DNA of 64,000 nucleotides from Escherichia coli (lineage in GTDB: Bacteria > Pseudomonadota > Gammaproteobacteria > Enterobacterales > Enterobacteriaceae), in NCBI RefSeq assembly GCF_001677475.2, contig NZ_CP015229.1; one strand, 5' to 3'. Within the stretch, counting starts at the first letter, position 1; each line of letters opens with the position of its first letter. Shown here piece by piece: positions 44,766 through 54,426 of this stretch. The position numbers and the translations under genes were made by a program. Below the pieces are notes generated by a model. That model was not told the origin of the DNA, did not search any database, and was given only the letters and a program-made list of their open reading frames with translations.

Positions 44766-46265
44766 GTGACGCTCAATACTTCTCAGGTCAGTTACTATAT
44801 GACTCAGCGTAAGAAAGGTATAACTCAGCATATCTCGGCCATGAAGGCTGGTATCTCAGTCCGTTCTGGTCGTCGGATCGAAAAAGGAGAGTGGGCAAAA
44901 AACAGTGTTCGGCACTGGCGCACACGCAAAGATCCTCTGGAAGCTGTGTGGGACAGCATGCTTGTTCCTCTGTTGAAAGAGAGGCCGGCTCTGACACCAA
45001 CAACTCTACTGGAGATGCTACAGGATAAATATCCCGGCCAGTACCCCAACAGCCTTCGAAGAACAATGCAACGGCGGGTTCGCGAATGGAAACTACAGTA
45101 TGGTACAGAGCAGGAGGTCATGTTCCGCCAGCAACATCAGCCCGGCCTGCGAGGCCTGTCGGACTTTACTGAACTGAAAGGTGTAGTTGTCACCATCGCC
45201 GGTAAGTTGTTGGCGCATAAGTTGTATCACTTCCGTCTGGAATGGAGCCACTGGAGCTGGATGCGGGTTGTTCTGGGTGGTGAGAGCTTCTCTGCTCTGG
45301 CTGAAGGCCTGCAGGAAGCCCTCGGACAACTGGGCGGAGTGCCGGTAGAACATAAAACGGACAGCCTGAGGGCAGCATGGAAACAACAGGGCGAAGATGG
45401 ACGCCGCGAGCTGACTGAGCGTTATGCTACTCTCTGTCAGCACTACGGAATGCAGGGCGTACACAATAATGCCGGTCGGGGCCACGAAAATGGCTCGGTT
45501 GAAAGTGCCCACGGACATCTGAAAAGGCGTATCTGTCAGGCGCTGATACTGCGGGGCAGTAACGACTTCAGCACCATAGAAGAATATCAGGCCTTCATCA
45601 CTCAGCAGGTTATGCGGCACAACCGTAACAATCAGGATCTGGTCAAGGAAGAACGTCTTCATCTGAAACCGCTGCCGCTTCGTCGCAGTGCTGACTATGA
45701 TGAGCTGACTGTGAGGGTTAGTCGCAGCAGTACCATCAATGTGAAGCACGTCGTCTACAGCGTACCTTCCCGGCTTGTAGGTCAACTGTTACGGGTCAGG
45801 TTATGGGACGATCGTCTGAGCTGTTACGTTGGCAGCAGCGAGGTCATGAGCTGCCCTCGCGTCAGACCAGAAAAAGGGAAGACGCGGGCCCGTCGTATCG
45901 ACTTCCGACATGTGATCGACAGTCTGGCAAAAAAGCCCGGTGCGTTCTGCCATGCAACGCTGAGAAATGACATCCTGCCGGACGATGAATGGCGGAGGCT
46001 GTGGCGTCGCTTATGTAATCATCTGGAGCCCGATATGGCAGGAAGGCTGATGGTACATGCCCTGAAACTGGCTGCAGGATACGACGATATCTCAGTCGTG
46101 GCAAAAGGTATGGAGCAGATGCTGAATACCCCGGGAAACGTGGATCTGCACCGGCTGATGCGCTTCCTGGGTATAAAAGAAAAGGCGTTGCCGGTAGTCA
46201 ATGTGATACAGCATAACCTGAGCAGTTATGAGCAACTACTGCGTGGCAAGGGAGGTTCGCAGTGA
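44766..46265 (+). CDS. istA: IS21-family transposase IstA
   Basis: ORF 44766..46265, 499 aa; N-terminal HTH-like region; start may be GTG 44766 or ATG 44799; stop overlaps istB start (GTGA). Confidence 0.85.
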   Translation: MTLNTSQVSYYMTQRKKGITQHISAMKAGISVRSGRRIEKGEWAKNSVRHWRTRKDPLEAVWDSMLVPLLKERPALTPTTLLEMLQDKYPGQYPNSLRRTMQRRVREWKLQYGTEQEVMFRQQHQPGLRGLSDFTELKGVVVTIAGKLLAHKLYHFRLEWSHWSWMRVVLGGESFSALAEGLQEALGQLGGVPVEHKTDSLRAAWKQQGEDGRRELTERYATLCQHYGMQGVHNNAGRGHENGSVESAHGHLKRRICQALILRGSNDFSTIEEYQAFITQQVMRHNRNNQDLVKEERLHLKPLPLRRSADYDELTVRVSRSSTINVKHVVYSVPSRLVGQLLRVRLWDDRLSCYVGSSEVMSCPRVRPEKGKTRARRIDFRHVIDSLAKKPGAFCHATLRNDILPDDEWRRLWRRLCNHLEPDMAGRLMVHALKLAAGYDDISVVAKGMEQMLNTPGNVDLHRLMRFLGIKEKALPVVNVIQHNLSSYEQLLRGKGGSQ

Positions 46266-47017
46266 GCAATATCCATCACCTTGAACATAGCCTGCGTAAA
46301 CTACGCCTGACACGAGTTGGAGCTGAATGGCACGCTCTGGAAAAACGAGCGCTGGCAGAAGGCTGGACACCATCGCGCTATCTTCTGACGCTATGCAATG
46401 AAGAACTCCTGTGGCGCGAGAGTGAAAAACTGCGTCGTTATAAAAAGGAGGCCCGGTTGCCAGTTGCCAAAACGCTGAGCGAATACGACTTCAGTCAGGT
46501 GCCGGAACTGAATGGAGCTCAGTTCCGGCAACTCTGTGAAACGACAGACTGGGTTGATGCAGGAGAAAACGTTCTGCTGTTCGGAGCCAGCGGGTTGGGG
46601 AAAAGCCATCTGGCGGCAGCGATCGTGGATGGCGTAGTAGGTCAGGGCTACCGGGCCCGGTTCTACAGCGCAGGAGAGCTGTTGCAGGAACTACGTAAAG
46701 CCAGAGCTCAGTTGAAACTGAATGAGCTGCTACTGAAACTGGATCGCTACCGGGTGATAGTGGTGGATGATCTTGGCTATGTCAAACGCGATAGTGCCGA
46801 AACGGGTGTGCTGTTCGAGTTAATAGCGCATCGCTATGAACGTGGGAGCCTGGTGATAACCAGTAACCATCCGTTCAGCATGTGGGGCAGCATCTTCGTG
46901 GATGAGACTATGGCGGTGGCTGCGGCAGACAGGCTGCTCCATCACGGATATATGTTCGAACTGAAAGGGGAAAGCTACAGGAAAAAGACAGCGAAGGCAG
47001 TAACAAGCGCGACTTGA
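46262..47017 (+). CDS. istB: IS21-family helper ATPase IstB (AAA+/DnaC-like)
   Basis: ORF 46262..47017, 251 aa; Walker A GASGLGKSHLA; Walker B VVDDLGY. Confidence 0.85.
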   Translation: MSNIHHLEHSLRKLRLTRVGAEWHALEKRALAEGWTPSRYLLTLCNEELLWRESEKLRRYKKEARLPVAKTLSEYDFSQVPELNGAQFRQLCETTDWVDAGENVLLFGASGLGKSHLAAAIVDGVVGQGYRARFYSAGELLQELRKARAQLKLNELLLKLDRYRVIVVDDLGYVKRDSAETGVLFELIAHRYERGSLVITSNHPFSMWGSIFVDETMAVAAADRLLHHGYMFELKGESYRKKTAKAVTSAT

Positions 47018-47081
47018 TGTCGCCCTGAAGGGTGCGGCCAGTATAGTTGGCGCGAGTCGGCAAAACTAGTTGACGTCTAAT

Positions 47082-47089
47082 AGTTGTTT
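47082..47089. repeat. Right copy of 8-bp target-site duplication AGTTGTTT
   Basis: See left copy. Confidence 0.6.
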
Positions 47090-47111
47090 TATATTCTCAA
47101 AATATGTTAAG

Positions 47112-47240
47112 GTTGCGCCCTCATTTGGGGAGTAGCCGATTTCCAGATTCCGGAAATGTACGTGTCAACATACTCGTTGCAAAACGTGGCACGTACGGAC
47201 TGAACACTTTCAGTCAGGCGAGACCATATGCACATCAATC
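47112..47240 (+). promoter_or_regulatory. yybP-ykoY-type Mn(2+) riboswitch aptamer in mntP 5' leader
   Basis: Conserved elements ttggggagtagc ... gtcaacatac ... ggcgagaccatatg upstream of mntP; boundaries approximate. Confidence 0.6.
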
Positions 47241-47346
47241 GCTATGCCTGCATGAACGCGAAAACCCGTCGCGGCTTGTTGTTCATGTATGCATGTTTGC
47301 TGGGGGCGATGATGTGTTTTATGGATACCCCGGTCAGGACGTTGTC

Positions 47347-47913
47347 ATGAATATCACTGCTACTGTTCTTCTTGCGTTTGGTATGTCGATGGATGCATTT
47401 GCTGCATCAATCGGTAAAGGTGCCACCCTCCATAAACCGAAATTTTCTGAAGCATTGCGAACCGGCCTTATTTTTGGTGCCGTCGAAACCCTGACACCGC
47501 TGATCGGCTGGGGAATGGGCATGTTAGCCAGCCGGTTTGTCCTTGAATGGAATCACTGGATTGCGTTTGTGCTGCTGATATTCCTCGGCGGGCGAATGAT
47601 TATTGAGGGTTTTCGTGGCGCAGATGATGAAGATGAAGAGCCGCGCCGTCGGCACGGTTTCTGGCTACTGGTAACCACCGCGATTGCCACCAGCCTGGAT
47701 GCCATGGCTGTGGGTGTTGGTCTTGCTTTCCTTCAGGTCAACATTATCGCGACCGCATTGGCCATTGGTTGTGCAACCTTGATTATGTCGACATTAGGGA
47801 TGATGGTTGGTCGCTTTATCGGCTCAATTATTGGGAAAAAAGCGGAAATTCTCGGCGGGCTAGTGCTGATCGGCATCGGCGTCCAGATCCTCTGGACGCA
47901 CTTCCACGGTTAA
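47347..47913 (+). CDS. mntP: Mn(2+) efflux pump MntP
   Basis: ORF track gives 47104..47913, but start set at ATG 47347 ([18 protein letters not shown]), 188 aa; the upstream in-frame stretch covers the riboswitch leader and is not coding. Confidence 0.9.
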
Positions 47914-48719
47914 TAAGAACGCTGCCAGAGGTGAATATTAAAGTCCGTCTGGCAGTCGAACACTTCTTTTGCTACCAGTGTTTGCCAGACTTCTGGCTTC
48001 GCACGCCAGGCAAACGGCGTCATCTGCAATAATGCGACGGCTTCGTCACCGCGAAGACGCATCGGATAACACAACTCATCACTCTGCTGTAATGTAAAAC
48101 CTTCCAGTTGTTCTGCATGTGGTGCATGAAGATGTACTTCATTGTAAATCAGCCCCTTCAGCTCCATCAAATGTCGCGGTCCCGGCGTGGCAGTAATGAC
48201 CCAACCGCCAGGCTTCACTACTCGCGCTAATTCTTCTGCTTTACACGGCGCGTAAATACGTATTATGGCGTCCATACTGGCATCGGAAAACGGCAAACGG
48301 TGGCTGGAAGCAACACAAAAAGTGACCTGCGGATAGCGTTTCGCCGCCGCTTTTATCGCTACCTTCGAGACATCCAGGCCAAACGTGGTGATTTCGGGCA
48401 GCGCATCGGCAAATGCGTGTGTGTAATACCCTTCACCACAGCCAATATCCAGCACCGCCGTGGCCTTTTCATCAAGCCGTTCCCGCAGTTGGGCGACAAT
48501 TGCATCACGCAGCGGCTGATAATGTCCGGCATCTAAGAATGCGCGGCGTGCTTGCATCATTTCCGCGCTGTCGCCCGGATCACGAGACCGTTTATGCTGA
48601 ACGGGCAGCAGATTGACATACCCTTCTTTCGCCATATCAAACTGATGTCGCTGGGGACAGATATAGCTGTTTTTTTCACGCGAAAGAGGCTGATGGCAAA
48701 GTGGACAGGAAAACGACAT
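47910..48719 (-). CDS. rlmA: 23S rRNA m1G745 methyltransferase RlmA
   Basis: ORF 47910..48719, 269 aa; N-terminal Cys4 zinc motif (CPLC...CPQRH); SAM-binding DIGCGEG. Confidence 0.85.
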
Positions 48720-48812
48720 GACAACTCCGGCAGGATACTAAAGGCCGCAAGTGTAACGCGAATCACGCGGCGGGCAAATATCCGAACGCCAGGAGCGAAG
48801 ATAAAGCAAAGT

Positions 48813-48840
48813 AAAAAGCCTCGCATTCGACGAGGCTTTA
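48813..48840 (-). terminator. Rho-independent terminator after cspC
   Basis: Minus strand: aaagcctcgtcgaatgcgaggc followed by U5. Confidence 0.55.
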
Positions 48841-48884
48841 TAGCGAGATTGAAGCGTATTCACACTTCAGATCAGTGGATTCGA

Positions 48885-49094
48885 TCAGATAGCTGTTACG
48901 TTAACAGCTGCCGGACCTTTCTGGCCGTCCTGAATTTCGAACTCAACGTTCTGACCTTCAGCCAGAGTTTTGAAGCCATTACCCTGGATAGCGGAGAAGT
49001 GTACGAACACGTCTTTGCTGCCATCAGCCGGAGTAATGAAGCCAAAACCTTTAGACTCGTTGAACCACTTAACCTGACCTTTAATCTTTGCCAT
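48885..49094 (-). CDS. cspC: Cold-shock-domain protein CspC
   Basis: ORF 48885..49094, 69 aa; [23 protein letters not shown] motifs. Confidence 0.95.
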
Positions 49095-49107
49095 TTGAAA
49101 AATTCCT

Positions 49108-49251
49108 TAGATTGTTTTCTTCGCCCGCAGGCATAACATAGATAAAACTGACACATTACTGCATGAGGCACCAATATAAGGCTCGGCAGAGAAGCGGTAT
49201 TCAACGTCAACGTGTTTACTCAGGACTTCTTTACTGAAAATGCCACACATA
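49108..49251 (-). CDS. yobF: Small protein YobF (47 aa), upstream of and probably co-transcribed with cspC
   Basis: Manual translation of minus strand: [47 protein letters not shown]. Confidence 0.7.
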
Positions 49252-49876
49252 AACAGAACTGTACCTCGTTTAACCCGAAATCTGTTATCACATACAACGT
49301 TAATTATGGCAAGCCATTTTTAAACATGTCTCGATCAGACGCACAAATCTCGATACGTCTTCCACTTTTTTTGCACACTTATGCAACGGAATACGCGCCG
49401 ATATATCATTGTGCTTAACCTTGCCAGTTCAGGCAGATACTTAAACTGACGTATTTTCTAACATAGTTCAATAAGTTCAGTTGTTCCAGGCCAGTAGGAG
49501 AAGTTATTACATAGTGCGTGCAATATCACATTTTCTGCTATGCAATGAATAAAAAGTTATATCACTTTTTCTCATAAAACAGTCAGTTAACGGCCACCAA
49601 TTACCCCAAAGAGAAGTCAATCCCCAATGGTATTGTAAATTTAAAATAAGAAAAATTGATGAATGCGCAAAAAAATCAAGAGAGAAACGTTTCGCTAATA
49701 AATAATACCACGCTTAATCACAAATCCGATGTAAACATCCTAATAAATTAATGGGCTAAATATCTTTTTCTGATATCTCGTTACGCAAATAAATAATATG
49801 ATAATTATTTGAAGTCAGACCAGAGTTTTAATTTGAAGCAGTTGCACCATGACAGTGCGTATAATCAGGATGAATT

Positions 49877-49904
49877 GAGTAACCCTTCAACGACGGGGTT
49901 ACTC
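49877..49904 (-). terminator. Hairpin downstream of yebO (possible terminator)
   Basis: gagtaaccc...gggttactc 9-bp stem just 3' of yebO stop. Confidence 0.4.
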
Positions 49905-49919
49905 AAGATTGAGGAAGGA

Positions 49920-50207
49920 TTATCGTTCGGCGACCAGACGAATAATATCTTCGTCTTCAACCGATTTTTGACTCTCAACGGTCTTTTTATCTGCTTTCTC
50001 TGGTTCATTTGCTTCGCACAAACGACGTAACAGTGCATTTTGACGTTTTTGCTGATCCAACAACGCCTCAAGCAGTTCAATCTGTTCGTTAGTCCGTGAA
50101 CTGGCACGATTGATAAAAAACCACAAGATGAGCCCGATAAGAAGAACCACCACCGATACAACCAAAGACGCTATGTTCATCACGCCTGAATTTACAACTT
50201 CGTTCAT
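49920..50207 (-). CDS. yebO: DUF2633 membrane protein YebO
   Basis: ORF 49920..50207, 95 aa; N-terminal TM then charged/coiled C-terminus. Confidence 0.75.
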   Translation of the reverse strand: MNEVVNSGVMNIASLVVSVVVLLIGLILWFFINRASSRTNEQIELLEALLDQQKRQNALLRRLCEANEPEKADKKTVESQKSVEDEDIIRLVAER

Positions 50208-50281
50208 TTCACCACCTCTGAGTAGAGGCGCTATTCTACCACTGCTGGAGAGGAAGAAAATCTAGTGCTGAAAAAATGATA

Positions 50282-50425
50282 TCACCACGGGATAAACTGG
50301 TTAATGGCACAAATTCCGCTGAAAAATTGTACATCCTGATCGCACATCATGTTGAATACCTGCGCCCAAAGCAGCAAGCAAGCCAACACCACGACAACCA
50401 GAACGACCCATCGAAACTTTTTCAC
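50282..50425 (-). CDS. mgrB: PhoQ-inhibitory small membrane protein MgrB (47 aa)
   Basis: Manual translation of minus strand from GTG: (M)[46 protein letters not shown]; ggag RBS upstream. Confidence 0.8.
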
Positions 50426-50475
50426 TCCAATCTCCGTTTCACCTACCTTATGTCATTAAACTAGCATGCGTTAGT

Positions 50476-50492
50476 TAAACAGCGCCTAACTA
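50476..50492 (-). promoter_or_regulatory. Putative PhoP box upstream of mgrB
   Basis: Minus strand reads TAGTTA-ggcgc-TGTTTA, a direct repeat with 5-nt spacer, about 50 bp upstream of mgrB start. Confidence 0.4.
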
Positions 50493-50583
50493 TGTCGATA
50501 TTCGTGCTTTTTCAGAATGAGTCGCTTGCTTCAGCGCATATTGCCGCTACGATTAAGCGAACATAAAAAGAGAAGAGGTTGTA

Positions 50584-50823
50584 ATGCGATTCATCATTCG
50601 CACAGTTATGCTGATAGCACTGGTATGGATAGGATTATTACTCAGCGGATATGGCGTTTTGATTGGAAGCAAAGAGAATGCCGCGGGATTAGGTTTGCAA
50701 TGTACCTATCTGACCGCCAGAGGCACCAGCACGGTACAATACCTGCACACTAAAAGTGGTTTTCTGGGGATAACAGATTGCCCGTTGTTACGTAAAAGCA
50801 ATATTGTGGTCGATAATGGTTAA
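50584..50823 (+). CDS. yobH: Small secreted/membrane protein YobH
   Basis: ORF 50584..50823, 79 aa; N-terminal hydrophobic segment. Confidence 0.7.
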   Translation: MRFIIRTVMLIALVWIGLLLSGYGVLIGSKENAAGLGLQCTYLTARGTSTVQYLHTKSGFLGITDCPLLRKSNIVVDNG

Positions 50824-50928
50824 GGGTAATAAATAACCAGATTCTCACTCATGAGTAAAATATTCTTATCGCAAGTGCGTTTAATATAACGCCACCTTCA
50901 ACTTTATTTTTCTCATGCTAAATAAAGA

Positions 50929-50963
50929 ACCTGTCTGTTTGATATTCAGACAGGTTCTTACTC
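50929..50963 (-). terminator. Perfect 13-bp-stem hairpin between yobH and kdgR 3' ends (kdgR terminator)
   Basis: aagaacctgtctg...cagacaggttctt. Confidence 0.5.
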
Positions 50964-50966
50964 TCA

Positions 50967-51758
50967 TCAGAACGGATAGTCGTGATAACCCATTTGGGCA
51001 GAAATTTTGCGCGCTGCGGTATGCAACATTGCGACATATTCCTGTAAACGCTCTTCAGAGAAACGCAACGTCGGGAAGGAGATGCTAAGACCGGCAATGA
51101 CCACGCCAAAGCGATCAAATACCGGAACCGCAATGCATCGCAGCCCTTCTTCCTGCTCTTCGTTATCTTCGCCATACCCCTGCTCACGCACCTGGTCCAG
51201 AACGGGTAATAACGCTTCTGTACTGGTGATGGTCCGCTCGGTACTGCATTTATACTCCACGCCCTCAAGAATTTGCTTCACTTCATCGCGATCGCGCCAT
51301 GCCAGCAGTACCTTACCAATCGCGGTGCTGTACAGCGGATTACGACGCCCAATCCGTGAATACATGCGCAAATTGTACATAGAGTCAATTTTATGGATGT
51401 AAACAATACTGTCTTCGTCCAGTGCGCCGAGGTGGATAGTTTCTTTGGTCAGGCGGGAGATCTCACGCATCTGGATATCTGCGCTACGAATTAAATCGAC
51501 GTTTTGTAACGCGCGAGCGCCCAGTTCAAACAATTTCAGGGTCAGGGAATATTTCTCCGACTCCCCTTCCTGCGCCACATAACCTAAGGTTTTCATGGTC
51601 TGTAAAAAGCGATAAACGGTGCTTTTTGACATCATGACGCGCTGCGACAGCTCGGTTATCCCTATTTCGCGCTCTTCACCCAGCGCCTGCAAAATGCCAA
51701 AAACTTTTAGCACGGAAGATACAGAATCAGGCTGTTTATCCAGATCTGCGTTAGCCAT
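50967..51758 (-). CDS. kdgR: IclR-family transcriptional regulator KdgR
   Basis: ORF 50967..51758, 263 aa; N-terminal HTH and IclR effector domain. Confidence 0.9.
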   Translation of the reverse strand: MANADLDKQPDSVSSVLKVFGILQALGEEREIGITELSQRVMMSKSTVYRFLQTMKTLGYVAQEGESEKYSLTLKLFELGARALQNVDLIRSADIQMREISRLTKETIHLGALDEDSIVYIHKIDSMYNLRMYSRIGRRNPLYSTAIGKVLLAWRDRDEVKQILEGVEYKCSTERTITSTEALLPVLDQVREQGYGEDNEEQEEGLRCIAVPVFDRFGVVIAGLSISFPTLRFSEERLQEYVAMLHTAARKISAQMGYHDYPF

Positions 51759-51934
51759 TTATCACCTCATTGCGAGTGTTTTATAAAAATCAGAACTGTT
51801 TTTTATTATAATTTCGCACCAGGGTGGTCGCAATCCATCTTTTGCCGGTTAGTTACAATTCTGCGACATCCACCGTGAATATCAGTGCTAGAATCATACC
51901 CCTGTTGATTATTCACCAAAGATATAAAATTCCT

Positions 51935-53308
51935 ATGCCAAAAGTTCAGGCCGACGGCCTGCCGTTGCCCCAGCGATACGGTGCGATATTAACCATTGTG
52001 ATTGGTATTTCGATGGCTGTCCTTGACGGCGCAATCGCCAACGTCGCCTTGCCAACAATCGCCACGGACCTTCATGCCACGCCGGCCAGTTCCATCTGGG
52101 TAGTGAACGCCTATCAAATCGCCATTGTCATCTCCCTGCTCTCGTTTTCGTTTCTGGGCGATATGTTTGGCTATCGACGTATTTATAAATGCGGTCTGGT
52201 CGTTTTTCTGTTGTCTTCACTGTTCTGCGCCCTTTCTGATTCGCTGCAAATGCTCACCCTTGCGCGCGTCATACAAGGTTTCGGCGGTGCAGCGTTGATG
52301 AGCGTTAATACCGCACTTATCCGCCTGATCTATCCACAACGTTTTCTGGGTAGAGGGATGGGCATAAACTCGTTTATTGTTGCCGTTTCTTCTGCTGCCG
52401 GGCCGACAATTGCTGCAGCAATCCTCTCCATCGCATCCTGGAAATGGTTATTTTTAATCAACGTACCGTTAGGTATTATCGCCCTGCTTCTGGCCATGCG
52501 TTTTCTGCCACCCAATGGTTCTCGCGCCAGTAAACCCCGTTTCGACCTGCCCAGCGCCGTGATGAACGCGTTAACCTTCGGCCTGCTTATCACTGCGTTG
52601 AGTGGTTTCGCTCAGGGGCAATCGCTGACGTTAATTGCTGCGGAACTGGTGGTAATGGTTGTAGTTGGTATTTTCTTTATTCGCCGCCAGCTTTCTCTTC
52701 CCGTACCGCTGCTACCGGTGGATTTACTGCGTATCCCGCTGTTTTCACTTTCTATTTGCACATCTGTTTGCTCTTTCTGCGCACAAATGCTGGCAATGGT
52801 TTCCCTGCCCTTTTACCTGCAAACCGTGCTCGGGCGTAGTGAAGTCGAAACAGGTTTACTTCTGACACCGTGGCCGTTAGCAACGATGGTGATGGCTCCG
52901 CTGGCAGGCTATTTGATTGAACGCGTACATGCAGGATTGCTGGGTGCTTTAGGGTTGTTCATCATGGCTGCGGGGCTTTTTTCCCTGGTTCTGCTGCCCG
53001 CGTCACCTGCGGATATCAATATTATCTGGCCGATGATCTTATGTGGTGCTGGATTTGGCTTATTCCAGTCACCCAATAACCACACCATTATTACCTCAGC
53101 TCCTCGCGAACGTAGCGGTGGAGCCAGTGGCATGTTAGGAACGGCCCGTCTACTGGGTCAGAGTAGCGGCGCGGCGCTGGTGGCGCTGATGCTAAATCAG
53201 TTTGGAGATAATGGTACGCACGTCTCGCTGATGGCTGCGGCTATTCTGGCAGTGATTGCTGCCTGTGTCAGTGGTTTACGTATCACTCAGCCACGATCCA
53301 GGGCATAA
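51935..53308 (+). CDS. yebQ: MFS (DHA2-like) efflux transporter YebQ
   Basis: ORF 51824..53308; start set at ATG 51935 (MPKVQADGLPLPQRYG), 457 aa. Confidence 0.85.
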   Translation: MPKVQADGLPLPQRYGAILTIVIGISMAVLDGAIANVALPTIATDLHATPASSIWVVNAYQIAIVISLLSFSFLGDMFGYRRIYKCGLVVFLLSSLFCALSDSLQMLTLARVIQGFGGAALMSVNTALIRLIYPQRFLGRGMGINSFIVAVSSAAGPTIAAAILSIASWKWLFLINVPLGIIALLLAMRFLPPNGSRASKPRFDLPSAVMNALTFGLLITALSGFAQGQSLTLIAAELVVMVVVGIFFIRRQLSLPVPLLPVDLLRIPLFSLSICTSVCSFCAQMLAMVSLPFYLQTVLGRSEVETGLLLTPWPLATMVMAPLAGYLIERVHAGLLGALGLFIMAAGLFSLVLLPASPADINIIWPMILCGAGFGLFQSPNNHTIITSAPRERSGGASGMLGTARLLGQSSGAALVALMLNQFGDNGTHVSLMAAAILAVIAACVSGLRITQPRSRA

Positions 53309-53338
53309 AAAAAGCGCGTCGATCAGGACGCGCTTTTT
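53307..53338. terminator. Bidirectional rho-independent terminator between convergent yebQ and htpX
   Basis: aaaaaaagcgcgtcgatcaggacgcgcttttt: A-run, stem-loop, T-run. Confidence 0.6.
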
Positions 53339-53353
53339 AGTATTTACTTCATA

Positions 53354-54235
53354 TTACTTCAGATATTCACCCGTACGCAGAGCTTCAATACGTTTATCCA
53401 GCGGCGGGTGAGTCATGAACAACTCACTGAGCGATTTCGACTTACCGTTAATGCAGAAAGCCATCATGCTGGTTGCTTCTTGCGGTTCATAGCTGGTTTT
53501 CAGGCGCTGCAGCGCGGCAATCATTTTCTCGCGACCAACCAGTTTTGCCGAACCGGCATCAGCATGGAATTCACGATGACGCGAGAACCACATGGTGATA
53601 ATGCTCGCCAGAATACCAAACACCAGTTCCAGAACCGTTGCAACCGCAAAGTAGATCAGCGGGTTGCCGTTACTCTCTTCACCTTCATCACGATTTCCGC
53701 CCATAAAACCCGCGGCAAGCTGCGCCAGAATACGGGAAATAAAGATAACGAAGGTGTTCACCACGCCCTGAATCAGCGTCATGGTGACCATATCACCATT
53801 GGCGATGTGGCTGATTTCATGAGCAATTACCGCCTCGGCTTCATCCGGGCTCATGTTCTGCAGCAAACCGGTGCTGACAGCAACCAGAGAGGCATCACGG
53901 CGCGCACCGGTTGCAAAAGCGTTGATGTCCGGCGCATGGTAGATAGCCACTTGCGGCATAGCGATCCCCGCCTGACGAGCCTGGGTTGCTACAGTATTGA
54001 CCAGCCAACGTTCCCTTTCGTTACGCGGTTGCTCGATCACTTCCCCGCCAACAGATCGTAATGCCATCCATTTGGACATCAGAAGCGAAACGAAGGAACC
54101 ACCAAAACCGAACAGCAAGGCCATGATCATCAGCCCCTGAACGCTGCTCGACTGTATCCCTGTCAGGCTCAGTACCAGCCCGAAAACGACCATTACGGCC
54201 AGGTTCGTTAGCAGGAAGAGCGCGATTCGCATCAT
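53354..54235 (-). CDS. htpX: Membrane zinc metalloprotease HtpX
   Basis: ORF 53354..54235, 293 aa; HEXXH motif ([11 protein letters not shown]). Confidence 0.9.
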
Positions 54236-54426
54236 AATTTTCTTTTTACCTCAGTTTAACAAAACGCAATATGCGATACCCACATCGTATGGGTTACGCG
54301 ACTATTTTCAAGTCTGGATAGTGCGTAAGTCACCAGAAAGACACAACTTTACATTTTGTAGCATCTGATTTACGGCATCTTGCCGCTGTTAAAAAATCAG
54401 GCACAATTTCTTGTGCCTGATTGATA

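Larger units (their letters stand above)
44674..47081 (+). mobile_element. IS21-family insertion sequence (istA + istB), about 2408 bp, with imperfect terminal inverted repeats of about 45 bp
   Basis: Two overlapping ORFs typical of IS21 family; left end atgagacgacaataactcag... vs reverse complement of right end attagacgtcaactagtttt... match at roughly 33 of 47 positions; flanked by 8-bp direct repeat. Confidence 0.85.

Noticed and set aside
45093-45785. 230-aa minus-strand ORF inside istA
   Set aside because: IS21-family elements encode istA and istB on one strand; this antisense frame has no known counterpart.
47104-47346. N-terminal extension of the mntP ORF (269 aa in the ORF track)
   Set aside because: The extension reads through the Mn riboswitch leader; the recognised MntP sequence begins at ATG 47347.
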